Assembly: GCA_977017645.1 (NCBI GenBank)
Contig: OZ360222.1
Coordinates: 248,186,001-248,250,000 of the forward strand
Reading direction: 5' to 3'
Origin: Torpedo marmorata
Taxonomy: Eukaryota
DNA: 64,000 bases
Below, one piece after another: positions 1 through 12,979 of the stretch (position 1 is its first letter; each line of letters starts with the position of its first letter). The translations under genes and the position numbers were made by a program. The notes below the pieces were generated by a model. That model did not search any database, was not told the origin of the DNA, and worked only from the letters and a program-made list of their open reading frames with translations.

Positions 1-691
1 ACAGGCCTTTGACCAGCTTCAGGAAATCAAATAAATTCTCAAATGTTCTTTCTTCTCGGCCAGTTGCTGCAGGCAGTTTGTATGCATTGCGTTTGCAAAA
101 GCTTTCAATTTATTTTCAGAAGAAAGGAACATGATTGCATATTGCACCTGACTGAATTTCTCAGCTACGAACCAAAGCTCTTCACATTTAATGAATTGCT
201 TTGAAATGTGCAGATTGTTGTGTAGGCAACAATTTTTTTGGATGCAGGCCGAGTTGTCTGAATAATTAAAATATCTCCTTCTGTATTCAGCTCAACTTTC
301 ACATTGAAGCGCGACTTACCTTCAGATCTGGTGGTGAAGGTTTTAAACAAGTCCACGGAGCAGAGCTCCATGTCATTCTTGCGACCATTTACTTCACAAG
401 CTGACTTTCTAATTCCAAATGGGACCAGAAATAATTTTGTTATGCTTTTAGTTATTTTAATTAGCAATGAGATTAGTGAAGATTACTGCCAGTAGATAAA
501 AATCAGTGTAATTAAAATGACATGAAGACTAATGTTTCCATAATTTAGAAGATATCAGAAACAGTTTTAAAGCTGAATATTGCTTAAAATATCTACCATT
601 TATTCCTTGTGATCAGTCAATAAACAGTCTAAAATTAGTACAGTGTTTTTAGAAATGATTACTGCCGATTCGATTCTCAGAATGAACCTTA

Positions 692-954
692 AGTTTAAAA
701 TTTAAATCTAGACATACAGCACGGTAACAGGCCATTTCGGCCCACGAGTCCGTGCCGCCCAATTTACACCCAATTAACCTACATCCCCGGTATGTTTTGA
801 ACGGTGGGAGAAAACCGGAAACCCCGGGGAAAACCCATGCAGACACGGGGAGAACGTACAAACTCCTTACAGACAGCGCGGGATTCGAACCCCGGTCCCG
901 ATCGCTGGCACTGTAAAGGTGTTGCGCTAACCGCTACGCCAACTGTGCCGCCCC
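692..954 (-). mobile_element. tRNA-derived V-SINE (HE1-like)
   Basis: Reverse complement shows A-box-like TGGCGTAGCGGTTAGC, B-box GGTTCGAATCC, central V-domain GTCTGTAAGGAGTTTGTACGTTCTCCCCGTG and an AT-rich tail; many near-identical copies in the window. Confidence 0.9.
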
Positions 955-1203
955 AGAGCATTATTTGTAACAGGTACTGGAGATACAGTGTACAAGCAGA
1001 CTATAGATTCATAGAGGCATACGGCAGAGTTGACCATTGTACTTACCTACACTGGTCCCTTTTACCCACAATTGGTCCATAGCCTTCTGTGGTAACTCAA
1101 GTGCTTCTCTAAATGCTTATCAAAAAGCCTATAGAAATGTAAAAAGGAAAAGGTTAGCAAAAGTTAATGTAGGAACATTACAAAGCGAGACAGGAGGAAT
1201 TAT

Positions 1204-1566
1204 AAGATTTCAAGATTCAATTTATTGTCATAGTAATAAAACAGTGTCATATTACATGAAATTTCTTTTTGCCTTCTGCAAGGCAGACAGATTCGCCACC
1301 GGCAGAAATTGCCTAAGCGCCTCTAACATTCCTTACAGTCAGAGAAAGAGAAACAAAAGAGAGTCCTCCCAGAGTCACCATAGATTCGCCTCCAGCGCTT
1401 CCGCAGCCTCCACAGCCACACAGAGTCCAGTCCAAACCATCAGAAACCCGAGCTCCAGATCCGAACCTCCGACACGGTCAGGAACCATTCGGCGCCCTCG
1501 GCAACTCCTCGCATCCCGGTTCCGATACCTGGTACTCCTCCAGCCAGTTCGAGCCAGTCTCCAGAT
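1204..1566 (-). mobile_element. Non-autonomous LINE-tail repeat fragment (same family as 58085-58740)
   Basis: CAAGATT tail repeats plus TTTATTGTCAT; clearly similar to 58085-58450. Confidence 0.65.
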
Positions 1567-1589
1567 ACTTAAATAAATATTGCATATCT

Positions 1590-2170
1590 CTCTTCACAGG
1601 AGAAGTCACAAAAAAATAGCCGTGAAGTAGTGGAGAACAGGTCTAAAGTCAATGAGGAGCAGATAGAAATTAGCATCAGGAAAGAAAATGTATTTGGGGA
1701 AATTAATAGGACTGAAAGCTGTCAAATCCACAGGACCTGGTGTCCAAGTCGTTGATAGTGATGACAATGGCGGCAGAGGGTGTATTGATTGCCATATTCC
1801 AAAATTCCATAGATTCTAGAATGGCTCCCGCAGATTGCAAATGTAACCCCACTCCGCAGGAAAAGAGGGAGAGAGAAAATGGGAAACTACAAAACAGTTA
1901 GCCTGATGATTCCTGGAGGAAATGCTGGGATCTTATTATGGAAGTGGTAACAGGACTGGATTGGGCAGAGCCCACATGGATCTTTGACAGAATATTGAGG
2001 ATGTGTCCAGCAGTGTGTATTAGGAGTTGAAGATGGTGCCACATGTGGTTAGTCACAAACTTGTGGGGCATGGGATTGAGGAAATAATACCGATATGGAG
2101 AGAAAGAAGAGAATAGGAAAAAAGGAGTAATTTTTGAGTTGAAAGCTGCAACTAGTCGGGTGTTGCAGGG
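1590..2170 (+). mobile_element. Degraded CR1 LINE fragment
   Basis: Decayed CR1 ORF2-like sequence (GLKAxKSxGP, FQNSIDS, GNYxxVSL motifs) with deletions. Confidence 0.55.
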
Positions 2171-2174
2171 GTGG

Positions 2175-2750
2175 GTAAAAACACACAGTAAATACTGGAG
2201 GAACTCAACCGGTCTCACAGCGTCCATAGGAGGTAAAAATATATTACTGACGTTTTGGGTCTTGGCCCTTCTTCAAGGCATAAGCAAAAAGCAGGCAGAC
2301 GTCTCAATAAAGACTGAGAGAGAAAGGTGGGAGGGGGAGGAGTCGACCAACAAACAAAAGGTGTTATTTGGATATGATAAGAGGAGAAGTGAGAATTACT
2401 TTTGGATCTGTGAAAGGAGAGAGAGAGAGAGAGAGAGAGAGAGAACTAGAGGAAAGGAGACAGGGGGACAAAGATAGGGGGCAGTTTTTAATGGAAACCA
2501 GAGGTCAATGCTAATGCCATCTGGTTGGGGGGGGGGTCTAGACTTCTCCCCCTCCCATTCTTCAACCTTTCAGTCTTTATTGAGACACCTTCCTGATTTT
2601 TGCTTATACCTTGAAGAAAAGCTCAGGCCCAAAACATAGGTAATATATCTTCTCCTCGTATGGACGTTGCGAGACCGGCTGAGTTCCTCCAGCATTTACT
2701 ATATGTTTTTACTACAATCACAGTGTCTGCAGACCTCCGTGTTTCACTCT
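2175..2750. mobile_element. Inverted pair of Penelope-like terminal-repeat fragments
   Basis: ~2175-2340 is the reverse complement of ~2560-2715; both resemble the 3' region of the Penelope copies (GCTGAGTTCCTCCAGCATTT). Confidence 0.6.
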
Positions 2751-3638
2751 GTTGCAGGGATAAGTGCTCAGATTCCAGCAAAAATCCTATGGGGCATGAC
2801 AGGATGTCTAGAACAAGGAGTCACAATCTCAAAATAAGGGGAAGACTGCTCAGGGCTAAGATAAGCATAAATGTCTTCACCCAGAGCGTGGTGAATGTGG
2901 AATACACTCACAAAGAGGGCTTTTGGATATTAAGAGAATCTAGAGATATGGGGTTAGTGCTGCGAAGTGCTGCTGTGGTAAAAGATTGGCTATCCTTATT
3001 CTTATAATTTACAGTGATTATTAAAATAAGCATCTAATGATCCATGACAATGCAGGGAACCAGTCAGAATTCAAAGAATTACACATTGCAGGGAATTTTA
3101 GAAACCAGTCATGGGAGTCCAGATAACTAACTGCTTTATTAATTGAGGGCAGAGAGGAAATACAACGTATTCAAATGAACAAATTGCTCATCAGTTCCAC
3201 AGCTCTCTTTCTCTCCCCTTTCTTTTCCCTTTTCCCTTCCATCCCTCTCCGCTTCCTGCAATCTTCCTGAAAGGATTTATCTCTGGATTTCCATGGACAC
3301 AAGAGCCAAAAAAATACCCCCATCCTTTCCTCAAGGGAGTTCCAGATGTGCCGTTTTCCATTGGAGTAGCAATGATCATAGAATCACAGAAAATTTAATG
3401 TAGAGGCAACCATTCAGCCCACAATGTCCATGCCAGCCCTCTAACAGCAACATTCTAATTCTACTTGCCTGCCCTTTTATTGCAGCTTTGGACTTTTTTT
3501 CTCCACCATATATTCATTTAATGACCCCTTGATAACCACAAAGGCTATCAATCTCCCCATTTTCCACATTCTGACCACACGCTACCTAAAAAAAAGTATA
3601 TCCTCACATTACTTTTAATTCTCTTCCCCTTTATTCTT

Positions 3639-6543
3639 TTGAATATTTCATTTTTTCATTTTCAAAGTTCACAATATAAACAGGAAATATACGATTCACA
3701 ACTATATACAACATTATCATTAAACTTTCCCTCCCTCCCCCAACTGAAAAAATAAGTAAAAGGTACAAAAGAAAAGAAATAAAATGAAAAACTAAACGTA
3801 CCGTCAGTGCTTACATTGATTTTTCAATCTTTTTGGAGGCGCCACACCGTTAAATATTTCTACGCTATATTGTATTGTACCCCAATATACTCCAGGTATG
3901 GTTGCCACACCTTTACAAATGTACCGTATCTATTCCTGAGATTATATGTAATTTTCTCCATAGGAATACAGCTGTGCATTTCTGTTGACCACCGAGTGAT
4001 TTGAAGGGGGGAGTCGGACTTCCAAGTGACTGCAATACACTTTTTTGCTACGGACAAAGCAACTAGCACAAATTGAATTTGGAATTTGGATAATTTGTAG
4101 CTTATGTCCATTAAATTTCCCAGGAGATACAACTCCAGGTCCAGTGGAAAGGCCATCCCCGTAATTTTAGTTAGTGTATTAGATATATCATACCAAAAGG
4201 ATCGTACCTTTGCACAGGACCAAGTGGAGTGCAGGAAAGTTCCAACCTCCCCACCACATCTGAAACACAGTTCCGATATTTTGGATTTTGACCTGTGCAA
4301 CTTTTGTGGTGTGAGATATAGTTGGTGCAAGAAATTATATTGAACCAATCTATATCTAGCATTAATAACCGTCGTCATACTGTCCCTACACCAATCCGAC
4401 CAGCAACGCTCATGAATTGTTGTACCCAGGTCCGACTCCCACCTCTCCCTTGATCTATGTATACCCGGCTTAGGGCTTTCACTTTGGAGTACATAATATA
4501 TTCTGGATAAAATTTTGAATGCATTTCCCAGTCGAAGTAACTGTTCTACCTCATTGCTTATAGGTGGGGTCATTGCAGGACTCCACCTTTCTCGCAAGAA
4601 GGATCTTAATTGGAGAAAACAGTGAAAGGTTCTATTAGACAAATCATATTTATTTTTGAGTTGTTCAAAGGACATAAGCTGTCCCTTGTCGTAGCAGTCC
4701 TCAACATATCGAACACCCTTCTGATACCAAACGCTCCATATTTTATTACCCAAAATCATGGGTATAAACTCATTTTGAAATAGAGGTGTCTTGGTGGATA
4801 TTCCAACTTTTCCCCCAACACACTCATTGATTTCTTGCCAAATTTTAATCATATGTTTCAGAATAGGGTTGTTCGTTCTTTTGGATATTAACTTGGTGTT
4901 CCATTTGTAAATAAAATCCTTAGCTATTTTCGCCCCTATAGTATTCAGTCCAATTTGAACCCATGAAGGTGTATCACCCTCTTCAAAAAAGGACAAAAGA
5001 AACCTCGACTGGGCTGCTAAGTAATACTTCTTAAAATCTGGTAATCGCAAGTCCCCCAATTTATAATCCCACGTCAGCTTTTCCATGGAGACTCTCGAGA
5101 CTTTGCCATTCCAAATAAACTGTCTTACATATCCATTAAGTGTTTTGAAAAAGGTTTTTGGCAAACGAATAGGTAAAGATTGAAAAAGGTATTGCAGTTT
5201 CGGCATCACCATCATTTTGATACAGTTAACCCTGCTCACTAATGTGATGGGCAGGCTTCTCCATCTAAGTAAATCGTCCTCAATCTTTCCAAGCATCGGG
5301 AGGTAGTTGAGTTTATATAAATTCTGTAAATTATTATCAGTCCTTATCCCTAAATACTTAATGCCTTCCGGTTGCCATTTAAAGCAACTCCCTTGTTGAT
5401 GTTTTTTATAGTCAAATTTTGTCAGTGGCATGATTTCACTTTTATCTAAATTTATTTTATATCCTGAAATCATACTGTAATCCTCCAGTGTAGTCTGCAG
5501 TTTGGTTAAAGACTCAGCCGGGTCTGTTAGACATAACAATACATCGTCTGCAAACAAGTTTATCTTGTGATCCATCTGCTCCACCTTGAATTCTTTTATC
5601 TCTGGATCCCTCCTGACAGCCTCCGCCAACGGTTCAATCGCTAATACAAAGAGTCCTGGAGACAGTGGACAACCCTGCCTACTAGATCTATTCAATGAGA
5701 ATGTCGATGACATCTGTCCATTCGTTATAATTTTAGCCCGAAGGTTGTGGTAGTGTTTTTACCCATTAGACGAATGATTGTCCCAGTCCAAACTTTTCAA
5801 GTACTTTAAATAAAAAAGGCCACTCCAGCCTATCAAAAGCCTTTTCCGCATCTAAAGACACGGCTATGCCCGGGTCTATCTTGGATTGTGCCAAATGTAT
5901 AATACTAAATAATCTACCCAGGTTGTTGGCAGAGTGTCTCCTCTTCACGAAGCCGACTTGATCCGGATTTATCAATTTTGTTAGATAATAACTTAATCTA
6001 TGAGCTAATGCCTTAGCTATTATCTTATCATCAGCATTTAACTTATAATCAGGTCTATATGAAGATGGTTTTAGGGAATCTCTATCTTTCTTAGGTATAA
6101 CTGTAATAATAGCTGTTGAAAAGGATTCTGGAAGGGTCCGTGTCTCCGCTGCCTGATTAACCACATCCATAATAAGAGGCATCAAAAGTTCTTTGTAAAA
6201 CTCAGGCGGGAAACCGTCCTCCCCCGGCTTGTTAGCTTGTAATGTACTCAAGGCTTTTTCAATCTCCTCTCTAGAAAAAGGGGAATCTAATTTCATCTGG
6301 TCATCTTGATCCAATCTAGGCAGATCAATCTTGGACAAAAATTCATCTATTTTAGTTGAATCTTTAGGTGATTCTGATTTATATAGTTCTGTATAGAACT
6401 GCTTCAATGTGTCATTTATCTCTTTCGGGTTGTGTGTTATCTTATCTGGTCCTAACTGAATCGCATTAATTGTCCTCGATGTCTCTTCCGCCTTCAATTG
6501 CCAAGACAAGACCTTATGGACCCACTCGCCTAATTCATAATAT
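3639..6543 (-). mobile_element. L1-clade LINE, 5'-truncated, ORF2 (RT) disrupted
   Basis: ORFs 5766-6509 and 3860-5713 carry SLDAEKAFDR, RQGCPLSP, LFADD and a C-terminal CFRC..HSTWSC motif; 17-bp target-site duplication TCTTCCCCTTTATTCTT at 3622-3638 and 6544-6560. Confidence 0.93.
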
Positions 6544-6694
6544 TCTTCCCCTTTATTCTTAACCTGTAATCTCCAGTCCTTGATGCCTCTGCCAAAAGGA
6601 GCATCCTCCCACGATCCACTCGACCAGACCTTTCATCATTTTAGATATTTACATCAAATCTTCCCTCAACCTTCTTTTTAAAAAAAAAATCGAT

Positions 6695-6957
6695 TTAATT
6701 TTAGAGATACAACAAGGTACCAGATCCTTCTGGCACACAAGCCCTTGCTGCCCAAATATACCAATTAACCTAGAAACCCTGTATGTTTTGGTGGGTGGGA
6801 GGAAACCGGAGCACCCGCAGGAATCCCACGCAGGACACGAGAAGAACGTACAAACTCCTTACGGACAGCGCCAGATTCGAACCCGGGTAACTGGCGCTGT
6901 GATAGCGTTGTACTAACCGTGACACTAACTGTGCTGCCCAATGCTAACCGTGCCGCT
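6695..6957 (-). mobile_element. V-SINE (diverged copy)
   Basis: Same head, V-domain and tail as the other copies. Confidence 0.85.
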
Positions 6958-7227
6958 CCCTTTCTCTTCTCCAGGAAAGCAGTCCCAACCTCTCTGATCT
7001 ATCCTTGAACTAGTTCCCACATTGCAGGGACCATTCTCTTAAATCTTTTCTAATTCCTCTCTTTCCCACCAAGTGGTGACCAGAATTAAACACAATACTC
7101 CAGTTGATGCCAGACCAATTTAGACAGTTTAGTGTTAACATCCCAGCATTATGCCTCTATTGTTAAAGCTCAGAATTGCATATGCCTTTCTCACTTGCAA
7201 TGACTCGTGCTCACATACACCTAGCTC

Positions 7228-7630
7228 CAGGGTCGGCGCCAAAGGGGGGCATTCGCGGGCATTGCCCCCCCAAGCGAGGTGCTGTGCCCCCCCATCGCTT
7301 GCCGTCAGACCCGCCCCTGCCACTAGCGTGCGTCAAGCATCACTAGCGTCTAGCTTGACGCACGCTAGTGACTCTCCACCTGCCCCCGTCACTAGCGTGC
7401 GTCAAGCGTGACTAGCGCAGGCTAGTGACTCTCGACGCAATAAAAGCAGCGCTTTCGGCTGCTACCGTCGGAGGAGGCGGTTTACGTCTGTTTGGATGGT
7501 AGTTCACCAGCACCCCCCCACCCCACCCCACCCACCCACCTCCGTTGAGCGAGTTTACGACTGTCGGACTGTGCCCTCCCCTCGGATACCCTAATGCCCC
7601 CCTCTAACACTCGTTCTGGCCCCAATCCTG
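7228..7630. mobile_element. hAT (Tip100-like) MITE
   Basis: Imperfect TIRs CAGGGTCGGCGCCA / TGGCCCCAATCCTG; perfect 8-bp TSD CCTAGCTC (7220-7227, 7631-7638). Confidence 0.85.
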
Positions 7631-9232
7631 CCTAGCTCCCTCTACTCCTGCACCCCTCTTAGGGCAGTTTCCTATATTTTAGATTGTCTCTTCCTACCAA
7701 AATGCTTCCCCTCACACATCTCCACATGAAACTTTATCTACTATGAAAGTTGAAACTGGCTGACAGTCTCTCTGTATTCCTGGACCTATAATACAGACTT
7801 TCCGGTTATGATCAACAAATGTAGCACAGGCTGATCTGGGACCTTCTGTTCTCTGAGGCTTCAGTACAGCAGCAGAGTGAAGATTTAAATGATAAATGAC
7901 TTTAACATGACATGATAAGAAAATACCAACAAAAAGTTATTCGAGAAAACACTGAAATCTCTTTTTAGTATTTAAGAAAAAAAGAAATGTAAAGGATGGT
8001 AAAAAAGAAACTCTGCAGATTCTGGGGTCTGGTGTGTGTCACCTGCTGAGTTTTCCAGCACTTTTAAGATTTAAAAGATATAGTGGTGGTTAAAGCAGCC
8101 ATTTAAAAACAACACAATTTAAGCACTGGAGTTAATTTCTAATGTGAAATAGTAACGTTAAGTTTGTATTGAATTTTATTTAGTCCAGTGCTTAGTTCCA
8201 GTTTTCATTTTGTATAAAAATATAGAGGCAATGGGGAAGGTGCAGACCAATTTATAAAATCACACCAGAACTAAGGATTTTAAAGCTGTCAGGAAGGATT
8301 AAGAAGACTGGGCATCTTTTTTTCTGATTGAAGTATTTAAGATTAGGAACGGATTTGACAGGATAAATGCTGAGATATATCCGTGAGGGGAGACCAGAAG
8401 TAAAGGCCATGAACAAAATTATAAAGTAGCCTGTAATATGAAGAACTGAGAATAAATGTCTTTATTCAATAATTGGTGAGAATATGTAACTCGCTTCCTA
8501 AATGTGAGTAGTGCCATTTAATTAAGTAATTCTGACATATTGAGTATGAAATAGTTGAAATGGACCTGGCCACTTTTAGAGTCCAATCTTTGCTTTGATT
8601 TAAATCAGTGCAAAGAGGATTTTAAAGGCAGGCCAAACCCAAACCACAGTCAGGAATCATGGTGAGAACTAACGTACGGGAAGCTTTGAGTTCAGAAGCA
8701 CTTTCAGCAGAAGAATGTACAGTTGAGCCTTGTGGGTATTGATGTTAATTGTTCAAATGCTTCTTACATGTGTTATAATAGTGAGCAAGAAATGGACGTG
8801 TCCACAGCGTGGCAATCCTTTACCAATCACAGAGCACCTATGGCATAGGGATTGCTTAAGGTGGAATGTGAGTTTAGGGGGGCAGTTTGAAAACCACTGC
8901 AGTAGAGTGATCAAGGTGCCAACTTGTTCTTTTCTTATATTCTGTCCCTTTTATCTCCCCGCTCATCTTTCATTCCTGCAAAAGTCAGTAGGAGCTAAAG
9001 ACATAAACTCCTATCTACCATCAGCGAGAGTGATGAGTGTTAATTATCTCTATAACTTTGTACAGGTTTGCCCTTGGTAGAGCAAAAACACATTCAGTGT
9101 GTCTATCAATTTAAATTCAAGTTCATTAACATCTGTGTATACACGACCAGATGAAACAGGGTTTCTCCAGACCAGGGTGTACACCTGCATTACACAGAAC
9201 ATAATACATAAAGATATAATTTAAAATAAATA

Positions 9233-9567
9233 CAGCCATGCATCGACTTGCGTCCGGGTTACATTCTGGAAGTGGGGACGCAAATTGATTTGGGCGTAAG
9301 TCGATCATTATAGGTGAAATATACTGCACAACATAAGATACCATGACGCACATACATATTTACCTAAACCTCTATATTGTACATACACATGTCTAAATAC
9401 TTCTGCAACACGCGTGTCGAATGCGTGATGCGTGACTTAACGTCCGCTAACGCCCGCCAACGTCGGTCCCGGCGTAAATTTTAATTTTTTTATCAAGCCC
9501 TTATGGTGACCTCAGACGTATCTGCGATCGGACGTTACTCGATCGGGCGTAAGTCGAGGTATGGCTG
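9233..9567. mobile_element. Tc1/mariner (Tigger-like) MITE
   Basis: ~24-bp TIRs CAGCCATGCATCGACTTGCGTCCG / CGGGCGTAAGTCGAGGTATGGCTG flanked by TA. Confidence 0.85.
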
Positions 9568-9569
9568 TA

Positions 9570-10900
9570 TTTTGTGATGATTTACTCCGTTCATCAATCT
9601 CAGTTATTTCTCAGCCTGGCAATCCTGATTTTGATGCTCCTGTACCTCCTTCTTGATGGTAGTGGGTCAAAGATACTGGGCGCTTTGAGCCTATTTAAGC
9701 AACACTTCCAGTTAATGCCATCAATAAAGGAAAGGGAGACCCCAGTGATCTTCTCGGCCGTTTTGATGATCTTCTGTATTGACTTCCGGTCCGATGCTTT
9801 GCAGCTACCGTCCCACACAATGATGCAGCCGGACAGGATGCTCTCAATTGTGCTCCTGTAAAATGTTGTCAAGATGGGGACCAGTAACCTTGCCCTTTTC
9901 AAACTCCTTAGGGATTGTAGGCGTTGCTGCACCTACCTGACTAATGAGGAGGTGTTGTGGGTCCAGGATAGGTGGTCCTTCACATGCACACCAAGGAACT
10001 TTGTGCTCTCCACTCTCTCCATGACGGAACTATTGATGTATAATGGAGAGCGGCCGACCTTTGTCTGCCTGATGTCCTTTGTCTTGTCCATATTGAGACT
10101 CAGGTTGTTGTTCTTAAACCATTTTACGAGCTTCCTAACCTCCTCTCTGTAAGCCGACTCAACGTTGTTGCCAGTGATGTTGTTGTATCAGAGCTGTTGT
10201 ATCATCCACAAACTTGATGATTCTGTTGGAACTGAATCTGGCAGTGCAATCGTGAGTCAACAGCATGAACAGTAGCGGGCTTAGCACACAGCCCTGAGGT
10301 GCGGGAATGCTCAGTGTGATGGGGATTGAGGTTTTGCTATTAACCCAGACAGACTGTGGCCTTTCGGTGAAGAAGTCCAGAATCCAGTTGCAGAGAGTGG
10401 TGTTGAGCCCCAGCGAAGAGAGTTCATCACCAGCATCTGGGGTATGGTCATGCTGAAGACCAAGCTGAAGTCAATGAACAACATCCTCCAGGTGGGTCAG
10501 GATGGAGTGGAGGGTTAAGGCTATATTGGTGGACCAGATTGGAAGGTAGGCAATGTCGCTGGAAGGTGCAATTTGATGCGTTCCATTACCAGTCGCTCAA
10601 GGCACTTCATGATCGTGAAGGTCAGTGCCACCAGGCGGTAGTCATTTAGTCCGGTTACCGTCACTCTTTTGGCACCAGGATGATGGTGGCTGCCTTGAAA
10701 CCTGCAGGGACAGTGGACTGCTGCACTGAGATGTTGAAGATGTCCGTTAGGATCTCCGTTAACTAGGCCGCACGGTCCTTCAGCACCCGAGCCTCCTCAC
10801 CTCAGCCGTAGCTATGCAGGGTGCCTGTTTTTCGGAGGAGACGGGGCTTTCTTTGGTGTCACATCGTTTTTCTCATCAAAACGAGCATAGAAGGTGTGCA
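9570..10900 (-). mobile_element. Rex1/Babar LINE, degraded RT and C-terminal region
   Basis: FYRSTIESILSGCIIVWDG and LPSRRRYRSIK motifs; LNDYRLVALT-like motif near 10630-10650. Confidence 0.8.
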
Positions 10901-11189
10901 CTTTAAGTGACTTTGGTAAGTTAAGGCTGAGACCATAATGTACCCCCAATTAATTGAGTGGTAATTAATAACCTCAAAGAAGAAACACATAATACATCAG
11001 TGTTGGGCAAATGGCTCAGCAGGCATTTGATTTAATGGAACTCTTAACCTGATACTTTTGACCAATCTTTCTCTGTTCTTTTCCTTGATATGTTGGTGGT
11101 CTATAATTTTTCTGTCTTTGCACTTCATTTTATATGTCAATCATAAGATGAATGAAACCATACTCCCACGTGTCCACTTAAATGATCAT

Positions 11190-11730
11190 ACCGTGGCAGC
11201 CCGCCACCGCGGAGATCGAGCCGCGCGAAGTGCCGGCTCGATCTCCGTGGTGGAGGGCCGCCACATGACCCCCCCCACCCCCCCCCAAGAACCGGCGCTA
11301 CAGTTCATAGTGTCCGTGGATGCAGTCCCCAATGTCTTTGGTGGTCTGCCTCTCCGCTGAGGTGCTGGAGTTTCCACGGGTTGTGTCGGGTCCATGTGTG
11401 CGGTAGTAAACAGCGGCATAACACACTGTAACGCGACCCATAGCATAGCGAACCGGCGCGGTTGAAAGCTGGAGCAGTACAAGAACAGCAGCCCTAAAAT
11501 GGCGCTGGCCAAGCTGCCCAGCTAACAGATCAATACCAGGCTGGCGAAGAAGGGTATTCATATGCAAGAACGTTCCCGCCCGCTATTGTTATTCATGCGG
11601 CTGATGTCAACCAATCAACCAAACGGCGGGAACTCTAACTGTATAAAAGAAGCATTTCCAGCCTCAATAAGGCAGAGAGCTTAACCTTCCACACTGCATG
11701 TGTGTGTTTCTTCATAGCAGTCGGCTAAAA
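11190..11730. mobile_element. Rearranged Gypsy remnant (integrase tail, PPT and LTR pieces)
   Basis: Minus strand AHMDPTQPVETPAPQRRGRPPK followed by a G-rich PPT and TGTGGCGG; plus-strand LTR-like block ~11428-11730 with TATAAAAG and AATAA. Confidence 0.5.
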
Positions 11731-11873
11731 TACAACAAAACAGAAGGAGGCCTTTCAGCCCATTGGCTCTATGCTGAATCCCACGGGAACAATCCCATTA
11801 GTCCAATTCCCCTTTCTTTATTTCCCTTTACCCCTGAAATATTCTCCCTCATACATATCCTACGCCAACCGTA

Positions 11874-12148
11874 GGTGGCACGGTTAGCGTAGCGGTTAGC
11901 GCAATGTCTTTACAGCGCCCGCAATCAGGAACCGGGTTCGAATCCCGCGCTGTCTGTAAGGAGTTTGTACGTTCTCCCCGTGTTTGCGTGGGTTTTCCCC
12001 GGGGGCTCTGGTTTCCTCCCACCATTCGAAACGTACCGGGGATGTAGGTTAATTGGGTGTAAATTGGATGGCACAGGCTCGTGGGCTGAAGTGGCCTGTT
12101 ACCCTGCTGTATGACTAAATTTAAAAAAATAAATTTTTAAAAATTAAA
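11874..12148 (+). mobile_element. V-SINE
   Basis: A/B boxes, V-domain, AT-rich tail. Confidence 0.9.
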
Positions 12149-12191
12149 ATCTAATATCCATCCAGTCCCCTTTAATTAATCCACACTATCT

Positions 12192-12571
12192 TTGATAGAG
12201 GTATTTAAAATTATGAAGGGGAAATTTAGAGTCAATGTGGACAGGCTTTTTCCATTGAGAGTGGGGAAGATTCAAACAAGAGGGCATGGATTGAGATTGA
12301 AGGGGGAAAAGTTTAGAGGAAACATGAGGGGGAATTTCTTCACTCAGAGGGTGGTGGGAGGGTGGAACGAGCTTCCGGCCGAAGTGGTAGATGCAGGTTC
12401 AATTTTAATGTTTAAGGAAAAGTTGGATAGGTATATGGACGAGAGAGGTGTGGAGGGTTATGGGCCGGGTGCGGGTCAGTGGGACTAGGTGGGAGAATGT
12501 GTTCGGCATGGACTCGAAGGGCCGAACTGGCCTGTTTCTGTGCTGTAAATGTTATATGGTTATATGGTTAT
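12192..12571 (+). mobile_element. CR1 LINE 3' fragment
   Basis: LIEVFKIMKG..TRGHGLRL..NFFTQRVV ORF2 C-terminus and (TATATGGT)n tail. Confidence 0.9.
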
Positions 12572-12979
12572 ACTAAAGAAAATCTACTGGAGCCAATAAA
12601 CCCAACATCAGTCTCTGGATTGTGGGAGGACACCAGGGTGAAGCCCATGCAGTCACAGGGTAAATATGCAAGCTTTACACAGGTCAGGGTTAAACCTGTG
12701 TGGCCACTGCAGTGAGGCAACAGCTCTACTAGCTTTGCCACTGTGCTGACTTCTATACTTTCCGCCGTGTGTCTCAGTTCAGATTCGCATCTGATAAGAT
12801 TAGCAAATGATCTTCCACTGTTCATCAGCGCCTGTGACATCAGAACGATATCTCTTGGGATTAGCGTGATGTGAAGATCAATTGATCTTCACCTGTAAAG
12901 GGATGTTAACAGGATGAAACTTGCAACAAACATTTCTCTGGCTGCTAGTCAATTTAGCCTGATTTTTGGGCAGACTTTT

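Noticed and set aside
1-495. ORFs 165-467(-) and 304-495(+) and a minus-strand GTAAGT donor near 320 as host exons
   Set aside because: No recognisable protein, and the implied intron (~60 bp) is short; not supportable without RNA data
692-954. SINE heads as tRNA genes; short ORFs such as MYVLPVS.. and MGENRKP..
   Set aside because: No complete cloverleaf; these ORFs recur in every SINE copy as chance translations
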